From a virus (Duplodnaviria; Caudoviricetes), in the IMG/VR virus record IMGVR_UViG_3300012983_000039, positions 1 through 64,000 of that record: a DNA stretch of 64,000 nucleotides. One strand, written 5' to 3'. The position numbers were made by a program, and so were the translations under genes. The notes beneath the pieces were generated by a model. That model was given only the letters and a program-made list of their open reading frames with translations, was not told the DNA's origin and made no database searches. Positions 10,186-21,253 of the stretch are shown here, in pieces. Every line of letters begins with the position of its first letter. Position 1 is the first letter of the stretch.

Positions 10186-12486
10186 TTATTCTGCTGAAGA
10201 TATAGTGTCTTTAAGTGCCGGACGTGCTTTTAGAGAAAAGATAGGAATGTATTTATCAGCAGATAGACAAGAAGCAATAAACTTAGGATTAAGAGAATTA
10301 ATAGTTAATGTTCAAGATGAGTTTGAAGTGTATAAACCACAAAATCCTCTTTTAAAAATTACTTTAAATTCTGAAACAAAAGAAATATCTGTTGAAGATA
10401 ATATGAGAGGTATTCCTGTAGGGGTTAGAGCTGATGGAATGAACTCTTTAACTGCCGCCTTTATGATACCACATAGTGGTGGTAAGCATCAGGAAGGAGC
10501 ATATGTAAGTTCAGTCGGAATTAACGGTTAACCTGAGCCGTTGTAAAAAAGTTTGAATTGCTGGAAACCTCTTAGAGCCAAATAAACTACAACATAGAAA
10601 GCGTTTTTATGTGAATGTTTAAAAATTATTTGGATTGGACAATCAGCAGCGAAGTATCTAATAAGTGCCTCTTTGGAGGGTAATATGATTTGGAAATTAA
10701 CTTGTGGCGTAGAAGTATTGATTGATGAAGATGATTATAATAAAATTGATAAAACTGGTTGGTACTTATTAGATGAACGTTCAACGACTATTGAAAACGA
10801 ATTAATTAATAATACAAATAGTGATATAGAACAACTATTAGGTATTAATTTAAAAGAATTAATCGTGAGTAAAGTAGGCTCAAGCGAGTCGAAGTGGACT
10901 TAGAAAAGATATAGTCTGAACTTATATGGAAACATATAGCAGCACTTAAAAGTGCGGGATTAAATTAGCGATTTAATCCGAACATTTTGGAAGGGAATAA
11001 AGTAGTTAACCATACAGCAAAATGGTTAGAAGTATATGTTAAAAGAGATGGTAATATTTATTACCAAAAATTTACTTCTACTTCCGAGGGAGCTACTCCT
11101 GAGTGTGAAGTTTTAATTAAAGGAAAAACAAAAGAAACTGGAACTTTAATTACTTATGTGCCAGACCCTGAAGTATATGGTGATATATTTATCCACTATG
11201 AAAATTTAAGAAATATGTTAAGAGAGATGTCTTATTTTACAAAAGGATTAAAAATCTCACTTATAATTGACGGAGAAGAAGAAACATTTTACTCAAAAAA
11301 TGGATTAATAGATGGATTAAAAAGTGATTTTAGCTTATCTAAACCATTTTCTTATTTTTATGAAACTTCTGATTGTAAGGTTGAACTTGCTTTACAGTGG
11401 GTTTCTAAAAAAGGACAAATCAAAGGCTATGCTAATGGTCTTTATATGAGAGATGGCGGCGCCTTTATAAGTGGTTTTAAAACATCTTTAACAAGAACAT
11501 TTAATTCATTAGCCAATTCTAGTTTTTCTGGTGAACAAATCCGAAATACTCTTGATGGTTTTGTTTCAGTTAAAGTAAAAGTTGGACAGTTCTCAAACCA
11601 AGCAAAAACAGCTTTGGCAAATCCAGAAGCTAGAACCGCCACATCTACCGCAATAACACAGTGTTTAAAGGAATTTTATCAAACTCATAAAAATGAATTT
11701 ATTCAAGTTTCAGAACTTCTTAAAAAGCTAGAAAGAGCAGAGAGGGCGGCAGATAGAGCAAGAGAGGCTGTTCTCAATCATACTAAAGAAGTAAATAAGG
11801 AACTTAAAAAGAAAACTGTTTTAGCTGGAAAATTAGCAGATTGTAGATATCATGATGAAAAATCACAGCTTTTAATCGTGGAAGGATTATCTGCCTTGGG
11901 TGGAATAGTAAAATCAAGAAATAGCGACTATACTGCGGCCATACCCCTGACGGGTAAGATACAAAATGTTTTCAAAAATTCAGAAGATAAGCTCTTAGAA
12001 AATCAAGTTTTAAAGGATTTGCATACAGCTATAGGCTCTGGATTTGGAGATAGTTTCAACATAAAAAAATTAAGATATGGTAGAATAGTTTTTGTTTGCG
12101 ATGCCGATGAAGATGGATATTCTATTATGTGTTTATTGCTTGCTTTTATGTATAAATACTATCCAGAATTAATTCGTTTAGGTAAGGTTTATTGGGGACA
12201 GACTCCTTTGTTTAAAGTTGTAGCAAAAAAAGAAGTTTATTATGCTTATTCTGAATCAGAATTAAAGGAACTTCCAAAAGGCGACATTACTAGAGCAAAG
12301 GGAATAGGCGAGTTAGAGCCAGAAGACTTTAAAGCAACTCTATTTTCTGAAAAAGGACGTTATACACCTTTTACATTAGAAGATGGTGAGAAAGCAGCGG
12401 AATATTTTGATATTTTATTGGGTGAAAATATAACGGCGAGAAAGAAATATATAAGTGAAAATGCTGATTTTGATGCGTTTGACTAA
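10172..12486 (+). CDS. gyrB: type IIA topoisomerase subunit B, spliced join(10172..10528,10990..12486), about 617 aa
   Basis: ELIVN..DE, EDNMRGIP, HSGGK, splice restores VGING|EGNKVVN, TOPRIM VEGLSA and DADEDG, KGIGE. Confidence 0.92.
10529..10989 (+). mobile_element. group I intron in gyrB (461 nt) with a homing endonuclease remnant (about 10686-10780)
   Basis: P1 AACGGU/GCCGUU; P motif GAAUUGCUGGAAA, Q motif AAUCAGCAG, R motif UUCAACGACUA, S motif AAGAUAUAGUCU; terminal G; GGAGG RBS plus MIWKLTCGVEVLIDEDDY fragment. Confidence 0.92.
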
Positions 12487-12513
12487 AATTTATTTAACAA
12501 AGGAGCGAATTAA

Positions 12514-14898
12514 ATGCGAGAAAATATGAATAAGCCTAGTTTAGAAATATCAGAAGCATTACCGGAATTTTATGTTCCGTATGCTTCATATGTTATACAG
12601 ACAAGAGCATTGCCAGATGCTAGAGATGGATTAAAGACGGGCGCAAGATTTATTTTATATGCTCAATATAAAGAGAAAATAACTTTTAAGAATAAAAGAA
12701 GAAAGGCAACAGCGACTAAATCAGCAGCTATGATGTTTAGTCCACATGGCGATGCCTCAATTTATGGGAACGCAGTCAGAATGTCCCAAAATTTCTCTCT
12801 CAGATATCCGCTTATTGATACTCATGGTAATAATGGTAGTTTGATGCATAATAACGACTACGCCGCCGACAGATATCTGGAAATGAGAAGTGGTGAAATT
12901 GCCGATGAAATGACAAGATTATTGACTAAAGAAACAGTAGATAAATGGAAACTTAACTATACAGAAGAAGAGCTATATCCCACTTATCTACCTACAACTT
13001 TTCCTAATAGTTTGGTAAACGGAAATTTTGGAATTGGAGTATCTTTAGCTTCAAGTATTCCATCTCATAATTTAAATGATGTATCGGAAGCTGTAATTAA
13101 AGCTATTGACAACCCAAATGTATCTTTTGAAGATATATATTGCCCTATTGACTTTCCAACTGGTGGTATTATAATCAATGAAAATCAAGTTAAAGAAAGT
13201 CTTAGAAAAGGACACGGTCCCGCCGCCATCATTAGAGCTAATGTAGAATATGATAGTGATAAAAATGAAATTATTGTTCGAGATTTGCCTTATATGGTTT
13301 TCTCAGCAAATGCTACAATGTCTATACAGCAAGCAATTGATGATGGTAAAATTATGGGTATAGAAAGTGTTTTTGATGGTACTGATTATGATGGAGTAAA
13401 AATTGTTATAAAACTAAGTAAAAATGCGAACCTTAATAAAATACTGAAGTTGTTATATAAACATACTCTTTTACAGAGTAGTTTTAGTATTAACATGAAC
13501 GCACTAGATGAGGGAAAATATCCTAAGACTTTTACTTGGACAGAATTAGTAATGGCTTATGTAAAACACCTGAAAGATGTAATAAGAAAAAGCTTTTTGT
13601 TTGATTTAAAACAGATTAAGGAAAGAATACATATCCTTGAAGGATTAATTATTGCTATTATAAATATTGAAGAAGTAGTAAAGATAATAAAAAATTCTTC
13701 CACGCCGGCATCAGCTAGACAAGAATTATCTAATCGTTTTGGTTTATCTGATAAACAGACTAAAGCAATTTTAGATTTAAAGCTTTCAAGATTAGCTAAT
13801 CTGGAACTTCAAAAAATTAAAAATGAAAAAAGTGATTTGGAAAAAGAAAAGGAGAGAATTGAAGAAATTCTCAATAATGAAACTAAATTTAACACAGAAG
13901 TAAAAAATGAAGTTCTTCGTATTAAGAATAAATATGGAGACGAAAGAAAAACTAAAAATATATCTCTTGATTTTTCTTCTGAAGAAGAAGACGCCGAACC
14001 TATTGAGAAGAAAGAGCTTTTAATACACTATACAAATCTTGGAAACTTTTATACCCAAGAATCTACAACACTTCTAACTTCTCGTAGAGGAGCAAAAGGA
14101 ACTAAAGTTAAGCTTGCCGCCAATGAAGTAATAGTTCAAACTATTAATGATAATAACTTTAATTCTATCCTAGCCTTCTCTAATAAAGGTAAAATGTATT
14201 TTATTGCTATAGATGATTTACCAATTAATAGTAAAGCTAATATAGCACAGCTATGTTCATTAGAGGGCGATGAAACAATTACAACTATTACTTCTTTAGA
14301 AAAGAAAAATAATACGGAATTTTTTGTTTTTATAACTAAGAATGGATTAGTAAAGAAAACAAAAGCTAAAGAATATGAAATGAGACGTGGTAAATCAATA
14401 AAAGCAATTAATTTAAAGGATAATGATGAAGTTGTAGAAGTTTTGTTTATTAATAATGAAAATATAGGAATTTTATCTTCTGATGGAAACTTTATTACTA
14501 TAGAAACTTCTGATATTAATTCAATAGGTAGAGTCGCCGCCGGCATAAAAGGAATTAAACTTAACAAGGATAGTTCTGTTATTGCGGCAAAGCCAATCAA
14601 AAATTTAGATAAAATGCTGATATCCATAAGTAAAAATGGATTAATAAAGAAAACGGATATAGAAGAATTTCCTCTATGTAATAAAAATACCAAAGGAAGA
14701 AAAATAGCTGGTGTAAGAGACGGAGATTTAATTGTTGACTTCTTGACAATTAAAGAAGACTGTGATATAATAAATATAAGCTCAAAAAAGACTTTAAAAA
14801 TTAATTCTTCAGAACTTCGAGTTTTATCTCGTGATGCTACAGGAGTTAAAGCTTTAGAGTTAGATAATGGTTATGTAGTAAAGATTTTAAAAAGCTAA
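12514..14898 (+). CDS. gyrA: DNA gyrase subunit A-like topoisomerase with C-terminal beta-pinwheel
   Basis: RALPDARDGLK, PHGD, AADRY catalytic Tyr, GyrA-box-like SRRGAKG, repeated GR.A.GV blades. Confidence 0.92.
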   Translation: MRENMNKPSLEISEALPEFYVPYASYVIQTRALPDARDGLKTGARFILYAQYKEKITFKNKRRKATATKSAAMMFSPHGDASIYGNAVRMSQNFSLRYPLIDTHGNNGSLMHNNDYAADRYLEMRSGEIADEMTRLLTKETVDKWKLNYTEEELYPTYLPTTFPNSLVNGNFGIGVSLASSIPSHNLNDVSEAVIKAIDNPNVSFEDIYCPIDFPTGGIIINENQVKESLRKGHGPAAIIRANVEYDSDKNEIIVRDLPYMVFSANATMSIQQAIDDGKIMGIESVFDGTDYDGVKIVIKLSKNANLNKILKLLYKHTLLQSSFSINMNALDEGKYPKTFTWTELVMAYVKHLKDVIRKSFLFDLKQIKERIHILEGLIIAIINIEEVVKIIKNSSTPASARQELSNRFGLSDKQTKAILDLKLSRLANLELQKIKNEKSDLEKEKERIEEILNNETKFNTEVKNEVLRIKNKYGDERKTKNISLDFSSEEEDAEPIEKKELLIHYTNLGNFYTQESTTLLTSRRGAKGTKVKLAANEVIVQTINDNNFNSILAFSNKGKMYFIAIDDLPINSKANIAQLCSLEGDETITTITSLEKKNNTEFFVFITKNGLVKKTKAKEYEMRRGKSIKAINLKDNDEVVEVLFINNENIGILSSDGNFITIETSDINSIGRVAAGIKGIKLNKDSSVIAAKPIKNLDKMLISISKNGLIKKTDIEEFPLCNKNTKGRKIAGVRDGDLIVDFLTIKEDCDIINISSKKTLKINSSELRVLSRDATGVKALELDNGYVVKILKS
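14743..14771 (+). promoter_or_regulatory. consensus promoter inside the 3' end of gyrA
   Basis: TTGACA-17-TATAAT with TG. Confidence 0.65.
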
Positions 14899-14902
14899 AT
14901 AG

Positions 14903-14931
14903 TTGACACTTTATTAAAATTATGTTATAAT
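14903..14931 (+). promoter_or_regulatory. consensus promoter
   Basis: TTGACA-17-TATAAT with TG. Confidence 0.8.
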
Positions 14932-14946
14932 AAAGGAGTAATAAAA

Positions 14947-15321
14947 ATGAAAAATAAAATTAATATTGAAAATAAGGAGTTATTTATCTCTGCGATAAAT
15001 AACTACCTAGATTTAATTTATGGAATTAAAGAGAAGATGGATGAGGCAGTTGCCCTCCAAAAAGAAACTGGAGAAATTGTTATTCCAGAAGATGATAAAC
15101 TTAAAAAATTTTTTGAGTCTACTATAGAAACTTCTGGAATTTATGAAGATATTAGAAAAAAACTTATTGAAGAAAAAGAATTGAGTTTATCAGAACTTCT
15201 TTTAATTAAAAATGTTCTTATCTTTATAAAAGAACAATGGATTAAACAAAATAAGAAATTAAAAGAAGCAATTGATTTAATTGAAGATTTTCTTAATAAG
15301 TTTGAAAATTTAAATAGTTGA
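14947..15321 (+). CDS. hypothetical protein
   Basis: 124-aa helical ORF with AAGGAG RBS. Confidence 0.7.
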   Translation: MKNKINIENKELFISAINNYLDLIYGIKEKMDEAVALQKETGEIVIPEDDKLKKFFESTIETSGIYEDIRKKLIEEKELSLSELLLIKNVLIFIKEQWIKQNKKLKEAIDLIEDFLNKFENLNS

Positions 15322-15625
15322 CAAATTTAAGTAAATATGATATAATATTTATAGAAATTAAATTTAAAAAGTTTTAAAAAACTTTAAGAAAATAAGATTT
15401 TAAAATAGTTGACAAATTTAAATAAATATGATATAATATTTACAGAAAATAAAATCTAAAAGTTTAAAATTTTTAAATAAATTAAAGTTTTAAAGTAGTT
15501 GACAAATTCAAGTAAATATGATATAATATTTACAGAAATAAAATTTTAATTTTAAGTTAATTTTAAATAAATTAAAGTTTTAAAGTAGTTGACGAATTCA
15601 ACTAAATATGATATAATATTAATAG
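15312..15625 (+). repeat. four tandem ~90-bp repeats, each carrying a consensus extended promoter
   Basis: TAGTTGAC(A/G)AATT(T/C)AA..AAATATGATATAATATT with TTGAC at 15318, 15409, 15499 and 15589. Confidence 0.9.
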
Positions 15626-15693
15626 TTAATAAATAGCTAAGAGCTATTTAAAATAAAATTAAAAAATTTTTAAAACAATTGGAGGAAATTAAA

Positions 15694-15960
15694 ATGGCTA
15701 AGATGACAGAAAATTCAAGAAAGGTACTCGATTATCTTAAGAACGCAGGTGTAGGAACAAAGTTTACAACTAAGGAAGTTCAGGAAGCTCTTGGTTTTGA
15801 AAAGGCAGGTTCGGTAACCGGCTCTATTACAGGTCTTGTAAAGAAAGGCTGTGCTGTTAGAGAAAAGGCTACTGTTGAAGTAGACGGTAAGGAAAAGGAA
15901 GTTTCAGTATTCTACCTTACTCAGGCTGGTATGGATTACGATCCAGACGCTCAGGACTAA
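15694..15960 (+). CDS. small winged-helix-like DNA-binding protein
   Basis: GGAGG RBS before ATG 15694; MTENSRKVLDYL..TTKEVQEAL..GLVKKG..YLT pattern. Confidence 0.6.
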   Translation: MAKMTENSRKVLDYLKNAGVGTKFTTKEVQEALGFEKAGSVTGSITGLVKKGCAVREKATVEVDGKEKEVSVFYLTQAGMDYDPDAQD

Positions 15961-15976
15961 TTAAAAAAATTTTTTA

Positions 15977-16006
15977 AAAGTGAAAAGGTTAATGCCTTTT
16001 CACTTT
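15977..16006 (+). terminator. intrinsic terminator
   Basis: AAAGTGAAAAGG-TTAATG-CCTTTTCACTTT. Confidence 0.7.
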
Positions 16007-16056
16007 AACTTTTCTTAAACTTAAAACTTTTTTTAAAAATTGGAGGAAATAATAAT

Positions 16057-16962
16057 ATGATGGAAGTAAAGAATAGAGAAAGTATAAATGATGTATCAAT
16101 AATTGGAACTTTAAGCCAGATGGAAATTAGTGAAAAAAGTTCGACAGTTAATGGAGAAAAGAGAGAATTTATTATTGGCAAGCTTGTTATTAAAGTTGAC
16201 CAAGAAGTTGACGGCAAGGTTGTTGAAAATGAAATTCCTGTTGACGCAATAGCTAATAAGCTTAAGTCAGATGGTAGTCCAAACGCAATTTATAAGTCAA
16301 TTCAGTCTTGGAAAGATAATTTTGTTTCTCTTGCGGCGGCAGATAAGCCAACTGATGCTTCAAGAGTTTCAATTAATGGAAAGTTGGGAGAAAACATTTG
16401 GATTGATACGTCAGGTATAGCGAGAACGAATGTTTTTCAGGTAAAAACAAATTTCCTTAATAAAGTAAAATCCGCAGACGAAGAAGACAGAGCAGAATTT
16501 GATCTCACTGGCGTAATCGGTGAGATTAAGGACGAAACAGATAAAGACGGCAATGACACTGGTCGTATTATTATTCAGTTTATAGTTGTTGGTTGGAACG
16601 GTAAGGTAGATGTTATCAACCTTATAGCTGAGTCGCCGGCGGCAGTAAACCATATTCGTCAGAATTATAACAAGGGAGATACAGTTGGCGTTTCTGGTAT
16701 TATTAGAATGACAACAAAGGAAACTATTATAGAAGAAGAACAGGGCTTTGGTCCTGCAAAGAAGAGAAAGAAAACTACTTATACTAAGGAGCTTATCATT
16801 ACTTCTGGTTCACACAGTGGTTTTGACGATGACGATGCTTATGATCCTGACAGCGTAAAGGTTGCTCTCGTTGAAAGAAAGGAAGGCATCGAAAAGCGTA
16901 TAGCAAAAAGCAAGGAAAAGAATAAGCCATCTACTACAAAGAAAGTAGATTTGGGATTTTAA
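16057..16962 (+). CDS. single-stranded DNA-binding protein (tandem OB-fold)
   Basis: Beta-rich duplicated OB pattern, aromatic C-terminal tail (DLGF), upstream of Sak4-like ATPase. Confidence 0.6.
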   Translation: MMEVKNRESINDVSIIGTLSQMEISEKSSTVNGEKREFIIGKLVIKVDQEVDGKVVENEIPVDAIANKLKSDGSPNAIYKSIQSWKDNFVSLAAADKPTDASRVSINGKLGENIWIDTSGIARTNVFQVKTNFLNKVKSADEEDRAEFDLTGVIGEIKDETDKDGNDTGRIIIQFIVVGWNGKVDVINLIAESPAAVNHIRQNYNKGDTVGVSGIIRMTTKETIIEEEQGFGPAKKRKKTTYTKELIITSGSHSGFDDDDAYDPDSVKVALVERKEGIEKRIAKSKEKNKPSTTKKVDLGF

Positions 16963-16984
16963 TTTAATTTAAGTAAAAATTCTT

Positions 16985-17014
16985 TATAGCCATAACAACT
17001 AAGTTATGGCTATA
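16985..17014 (+). terminator. hairpin (terminator or processing site)
   Basis: TATAGCCATAAC..GTTATGGCTATA. Confidence 0.55.
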
Positions 17015-17041
17015 TTCTTAACTTTAAGGAGGAAATAATAG

Positions 17042-19283
17042 ATGGCTATTGATTTAATGACACTTGAACCGCAGAAGATTTCGAGAGATTTAAAAGGAAA
17101 ATTTAGTTTATTTTATGGGTCGCCTAAATCCTTACACTGGGCAACTATGTAAATAGTTAAAATGGAGTAAAAATCGGGGAAGCTGAAACGCCAATCCGAG
17201 CGGAAGTTAAAATATAATAGTTTTAACACGCACAACGCATAGGAAAAATAACTTTAATAGGAGGTTTGTCCAAGAATGGAGGAACTAATTAATGATTATT
17301 GTAAAAATTTTTTAACTTTGAAAGAATTATCATCAAAATATCATATAGGACAAGATAAAGCAAGAAAAATTTTAAAAGAAAATAATATTTATATAAGAAG
17401 TTCTTTTGAAACTACTTTATTGAAGAGAAATCCAAACTTATCTCTTGAAGAAATAGAAAATAAAGTAATTGATAACTATGTAAATAAAAAATATGGACAA
17501 TTAAAGTCGGGAAGAGAATTTGGATTATCAGCAACTGCTGTAAAAAATATTTTATTGAAGAATAACATTCAAGTTCGAGATTTACATGAGTCTATACGTT
17601 TAGCTAACCAATCTAATGATAGAACCAGACAATATTACTTTAAAAATCCCGATTTCTTTAAAACTGAAAATTCCAATATGGCTTGGATATTAGGTTTTTT
17701 GGCGGCAGATGGTAATGTATCTAAAAACGGAAATAAAATTAGAATTGAATTATCTTATGTAGATAAAGAAATTTTAGAGCGCATAAAAGAGATTATGAAA
17801 ATAGACAATCCTATAAAAGAAAGAGAAGATAAAAGAGGATTTTGTTTTGTTTCATTAGAGTGGTCTTGTAAAGAACATAAAGAAGATTTAAAAAAATATT
17901 CAATTGTTCCTTGTAAAACTTATATTTTAGAGCCGCCTCTAAAATTAAATCCCAAATATTATATTGATTATATTCGTGGTTATTTTGATGGAGATGGAAC
18001 GGTTAATATTAATACTTACCAAAATAAAAAATCAATTCGTTGGAGTATTTGCGGCGCATCTGAAACAATGTTAAGATGGATAATATCTGTGTTATCAGAA
18101 CAATATAATATTCCTAAAGTAAATCTTCATAAAGATAAATCAAAAGAACAAAATTTTTATTCTTTTGTTTATAGCACTAATTCTTCAAAGAAAATTTATG
18201 ATATTTTGTATACAGAAAATTCGCTCTTCTTAAAAAGAAAAAAAGAAAAATTCGACAAAATCATTCAAGAGTTCTGTTAAAGAATAAAATCCCAAGAGAC
18301 TCCAGCACTGAATAGTGTGAAAGGTATGCTGAGCTTATTAGAAAAACAATAATAAGAAGTAAGAAATAAAAAATTCTTACGATAACAAAATGGGTGTAGG
18401 TAAGACATCTCTTGCCGCAAAGTTTGATAAATCTCTTATATTAGGATTTGAGTCAGGCACGAATGCTCTGAACAATGTATATGTTCTTCCAATCAAGACT
18501 TGGAAGGATTTTAGACAAGCTGTTTCTCAGTTAACAAGAAACGAAAAATTAAAAGAAAAATACCATAGTATCGCTTTTGATACTTGCGATGAAGCTTACA
18601 AACTTTGTGAAAGATGGTGTTGTGCCGAAGCGGGTGTAGAAACAGTAAAAGAAATCGCCGCCTATGGTGGTGGCTATAAAATCGTTGAAGATGCTTTTTC
18701 TCAGCCTCTTCGTGATTTGGCTTATGCCGGCTATGGTTTGATTTTTATTTCTCATGAAACTGAAAAACCATATGTAGATGACAATGGTGAGGAATATAAT
18801 AAAATTGTTCCCGCTCTTGCTAACCGACCATTTAATGTTATAAATAAAATGGTTGATATAATAGGCTACGTAAGAGAAATTCCTATTAAGGAAGGGGAAG
18901 AAGTTCATCGAGAACGTTTTATTTTTCTTAGAGGAGATGAAAGATTTCTTACTAAATCAAGATTTAAACATATTAAACCAAGAGTTAAACTTGATTACAA
19001 TGAATTTGTTGATGCCATTTATGAAGCAATTGACAAAGAAATTCAAGAGAGTGGCGGCGAAGCCACGGAAGAGGCAAATCCTTATCTTGAACAGTCTTTT
19101 GATGATTTAATGGAAGAAGCTAAAGAATTGTGGATTAAAGTTTCAAACTTGGATAAAACAGATGAAGCTCTTAAAATTCTTGAAGAAGAGTTTGGTAAAC
19201 CAACTCGTTTTTCAGAAATTACGGCTGAAGGTTTAAATGAATTAAAGAAATCAATCCTGAGAATAAGAGAAATTACAGCGTAA
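17042..19283 (+). CDS. Sak4-like AAA ATPase/recombinase, spliced join(17042..17125,18393..19283), about 324 aa
   Basis: Exon 1 MAIDLMTLEPQKISRDLKGKFSLFYGSP (not in the ORF track; AAGGAGG RBS); splice restores Walker A GSP|GVGKT; IAFDT, FISH. Confidence 0.85.
17126..18392 (+). mobile_element. group I intron in the Sak4-like gene
   Basis: P1 GCCU/GGGC; P10 CCUUACAC/GGUGUAGG; terminal G; carries a LAGLIDADG ORF. Confidence 0.88.
17276..18280 (+). CDS. intron-encoded LAGLIDADG homing endonuclease with N-terminal HTH repeats
   Basis: WILGFLAADG and YIRGYFDGDG. Confidence 0.9.
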   Translation: MEELINDYCKNFLTLKELSSKYHIGQDKARKILKENNIYIRSSFETTLLKRNPNLSLEEIENKVIDNYVNKKYGQLKSGREFGLSATAVKNILLKNNIQVRDLHESIRLANQSNDRTRQYYFKNPDFFKTENSNMAWILGFLAADGNVSKNGNKIRIELSYVDKEILERIKEIMKIDNPIKEREDKRGFCFVSLEWSCKEHKEDLKKYSIVPCKTYILEPPLKLNPKYYIDYIRGYFDGDGTVNINTYQNKKSIRWSICGASETMLRWIISVLSEQYNIPKVNLHKDKSKEQNFYSFVYSTNSSKKIYDILYTENSLFLKRKKEKFDKIIQEFC

Positions 19284-19289
19284 AAGTTA

Positions 19290-19320
19290 AAGGAGAGATT
19301 TTATATCTCTCCTTTTTTTA
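19290..19320 (+). terminator. intrinsic terminator
   Basis: AAGGAGAGAT..ATCTCTCCTT plus T-run. Confidence 0.8.
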
Positions 19321-19344
19321 TTATTATTTTAAGGAGGAATTTTA

Positions 19345-20592
19345 ATGCAATTTATAATTGACTCTTGTGTTCTTTTAGATTATCCACTTATTATTGAGGA
19401 TAAAGATAAAGAAATTGTTATTACCTTAGATGTACTAAAAGAACTTGATGGGTTGAAAAAACACACTAATCCCGAAATTGCCTTTAAAGCACGTAGGGCG
19501 GCGGTTTATATATCCAGAAACATGGATAAGATAAATTTTCATGAAAATACGTTTAATAAGCCGACAGATGATAAATTAATTGATGCCGCAAAAGAGCTGG
19601 GAGCAACGTTAATAACCAATGACGTATATTTAAAGGTTAAAGCAACTTTAGCTAATGTAATGACAAAAGGATATAGTCAGAAAGACTCTTATAGTGGTGT
19701 ATTCTATTGGTATCCAGAATTTACAGAAACTTTTACTAATGAACAGCTTGAAAATATTTATGAAAAAGGAGAAATTCCAGAGGCATTAGTCAATGAGCAG
19801 TTTTATGAAAACCAATATGTTATTATTAAAAATAAGGAAATTGCTGTTGAAGATAAAAATGGAGAAATTGATTATGAAGATATTGGCGCTTTTGTAGTTA
19901 AAGATGGAAAACTCAAAGGAGTAGGGCGGCAGAAAATTTCTAATATGTATATAGATAAGATTTTCCCTAAAAATATAGAACAAACTTGTTTGTTTCATGC
20001 TTTAAATAATAAAGACAATACTATTATTTATGCGGGAGGCTCATATGGCAGAGGCAAATCTTTCATATTAAATAACTATGCCCTCCAAGAACTTGAACAA
20101 GGTTCTATTAATAAAATAGTTTATGTTCCAAACAATGCCTTTACCGAAAATACAATGGACATTGGTGCTTTGCCGGGTGGTCTATTTGAAAAAATAGAAG
20201 GTCAAATAGGACCTCTTATTGACTTAATTGGAATTGACGCAGTTCAAAGATTAATTTCTCAGGAACAGCTTGAAATTGTTCCAATGGGCTTTATAAGAGG
20301 TAGAAGTTTTACAAACTCAATTATAATTGTAAATGAAAGTCAGAATTTAACAGAAGACCATTTGAAATTGCTAATTGGACGTTGCGGCGACAATTCAAGA
20401 ATTTTCTTTGATGGAGACATTAAGCAAGCTGATAGTCAGCTATTCCGAGATAAAAATGGACTTAAACTCCTTTTAAATTTAAGAAAATCTCCAATTTATT
20501 CTAAGATGTTTGCTACTGTTAAACTTACAAAAACAGAAAGAAGCCAGACTGCTCAGGCGGCTAGTTATCTCGACCAAGTAATTCCAGAGTAA
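19345..20592 (+). CDS. phoH: PIN-PhoH protein
   Basis: PIN IDSCVLL..ELD..ITND; Walker A GSYGRGKS; IRGRSF, NESQN, GDIKQ. Confidence 0.88.
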   Translation: MQFIIDSCVLLDYPLIIEDKDKEIVITLDVLKELDGLKKHTNPEIAFKARRAAVYISRNMDKINFHENTFNKPTDDKLIDAAKELGATLITNDVYLKVKATLANVMTKGYSQKDSYSGVFYWYPEFTETFTNEQLENIYEKGEIPEALVNEQFYENQYVIIKNKEIAVEDKNGEIDYEDIGAFVVKDGKLKGVGRQKISNMYIDKIFPKNIEQTCLFHALNNKDNTIIYAGGSYGRGKSFILNNYALQELEQGSINKIVYVPNNAFTENTMDIGALPGGLFEKIEGQIGPLIDLIGIDAVQRLISQEQLEIVPMGFIRGRSFTNSIIIVNESQNLTEDHLKLLIGRCGDNSRIFFDGDIKQADSQLFRDKNGLKLLLNLRKSPIYSKMFATVKLTKTERSQTAQAASYLDQVIPE

Positions 20593-20671
20593 AGAAAGGG
20601 GCTTTATAGCCCTTTTCTACAATAAATTAAATTTAATAAAATATATTTAAAAGAAAGGAAATAACACGAAT

Positions 20672-21253
20672 ATGTTTGAAACTCTTGTTGAAGAAAAAGA
20701 AAAAGAATTGATTAAAAATAATCTTGAAGATTTGAGAAATAATATCTCTGATTCAGATTATCAATATAAGATAGATAAATATTGTGAAAAATTTAATTTT
20801 AAAAAAGAAGAAGTCATAGAACAAATAAAAGAAAATGATATAGTAGCTTCTTTCTTTATGAAAGACCCTCTAAGACAAAATTTTATAGAAAAAATGGTGG
20901 CAGAATTATTAAATACAAACACCCTACCTCAAGCGGGCAAGAATAGTATTCGTTTTAACTCAAAGGGAGAATTGGGTCATTTAAAAACTCCAAACACCTC
21001 TAAGGCGGCAGACTTTTATATTAATAATACTTATATAACTCAAAAATATACAAGAGGCTTTGGCGGCGCACAAGATAATCAATATAATGATGTAGTTGAT
21101 TTTTTGTTGAAAGGAAGTCAGCAATATAAAGTAGGAGCTATTTTAGACGGAAGTTATTGGGAAGAAAAAAGAAAGGAGTTAAAAGATTTTTTCCAAGATA
21201 ACGAAAATGTTTCTATTTATTCAATGGACGATTTCTTATTAAAGGAGGATTAA
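20672..21253 (+). CDS. putative type II restriction endonuclease
   Basis: KAADF..QKYT..GGAQDNQ PD-(D/E)XK-like core; translationally adjacent to a methyltransferase. Confidence 0.5.
   Translation: MFETLVEEKEKELIKNNLEDLRNNISDSDYQYKIDKYCEKFNFKKEEVIEQIKENDIVASFFMKDPLRQNFIEKMVAELLNTNTLPQAGKNSIRFNSKGELGHLKTPNTSKAADFYINNTYITQKYTRGFGGAQDNQYNDVVDFLLKGSQQYKVGAILDGSYWEEKRKELKDFFQDNENVSIYSMDDFLLKED

Noticed and set aside
15312-15625. CRISPR array
   Set aside because: Repeats are promoter consensus sequences, the linkers resemble each other and are nearly GC-free, and no cas genes are present
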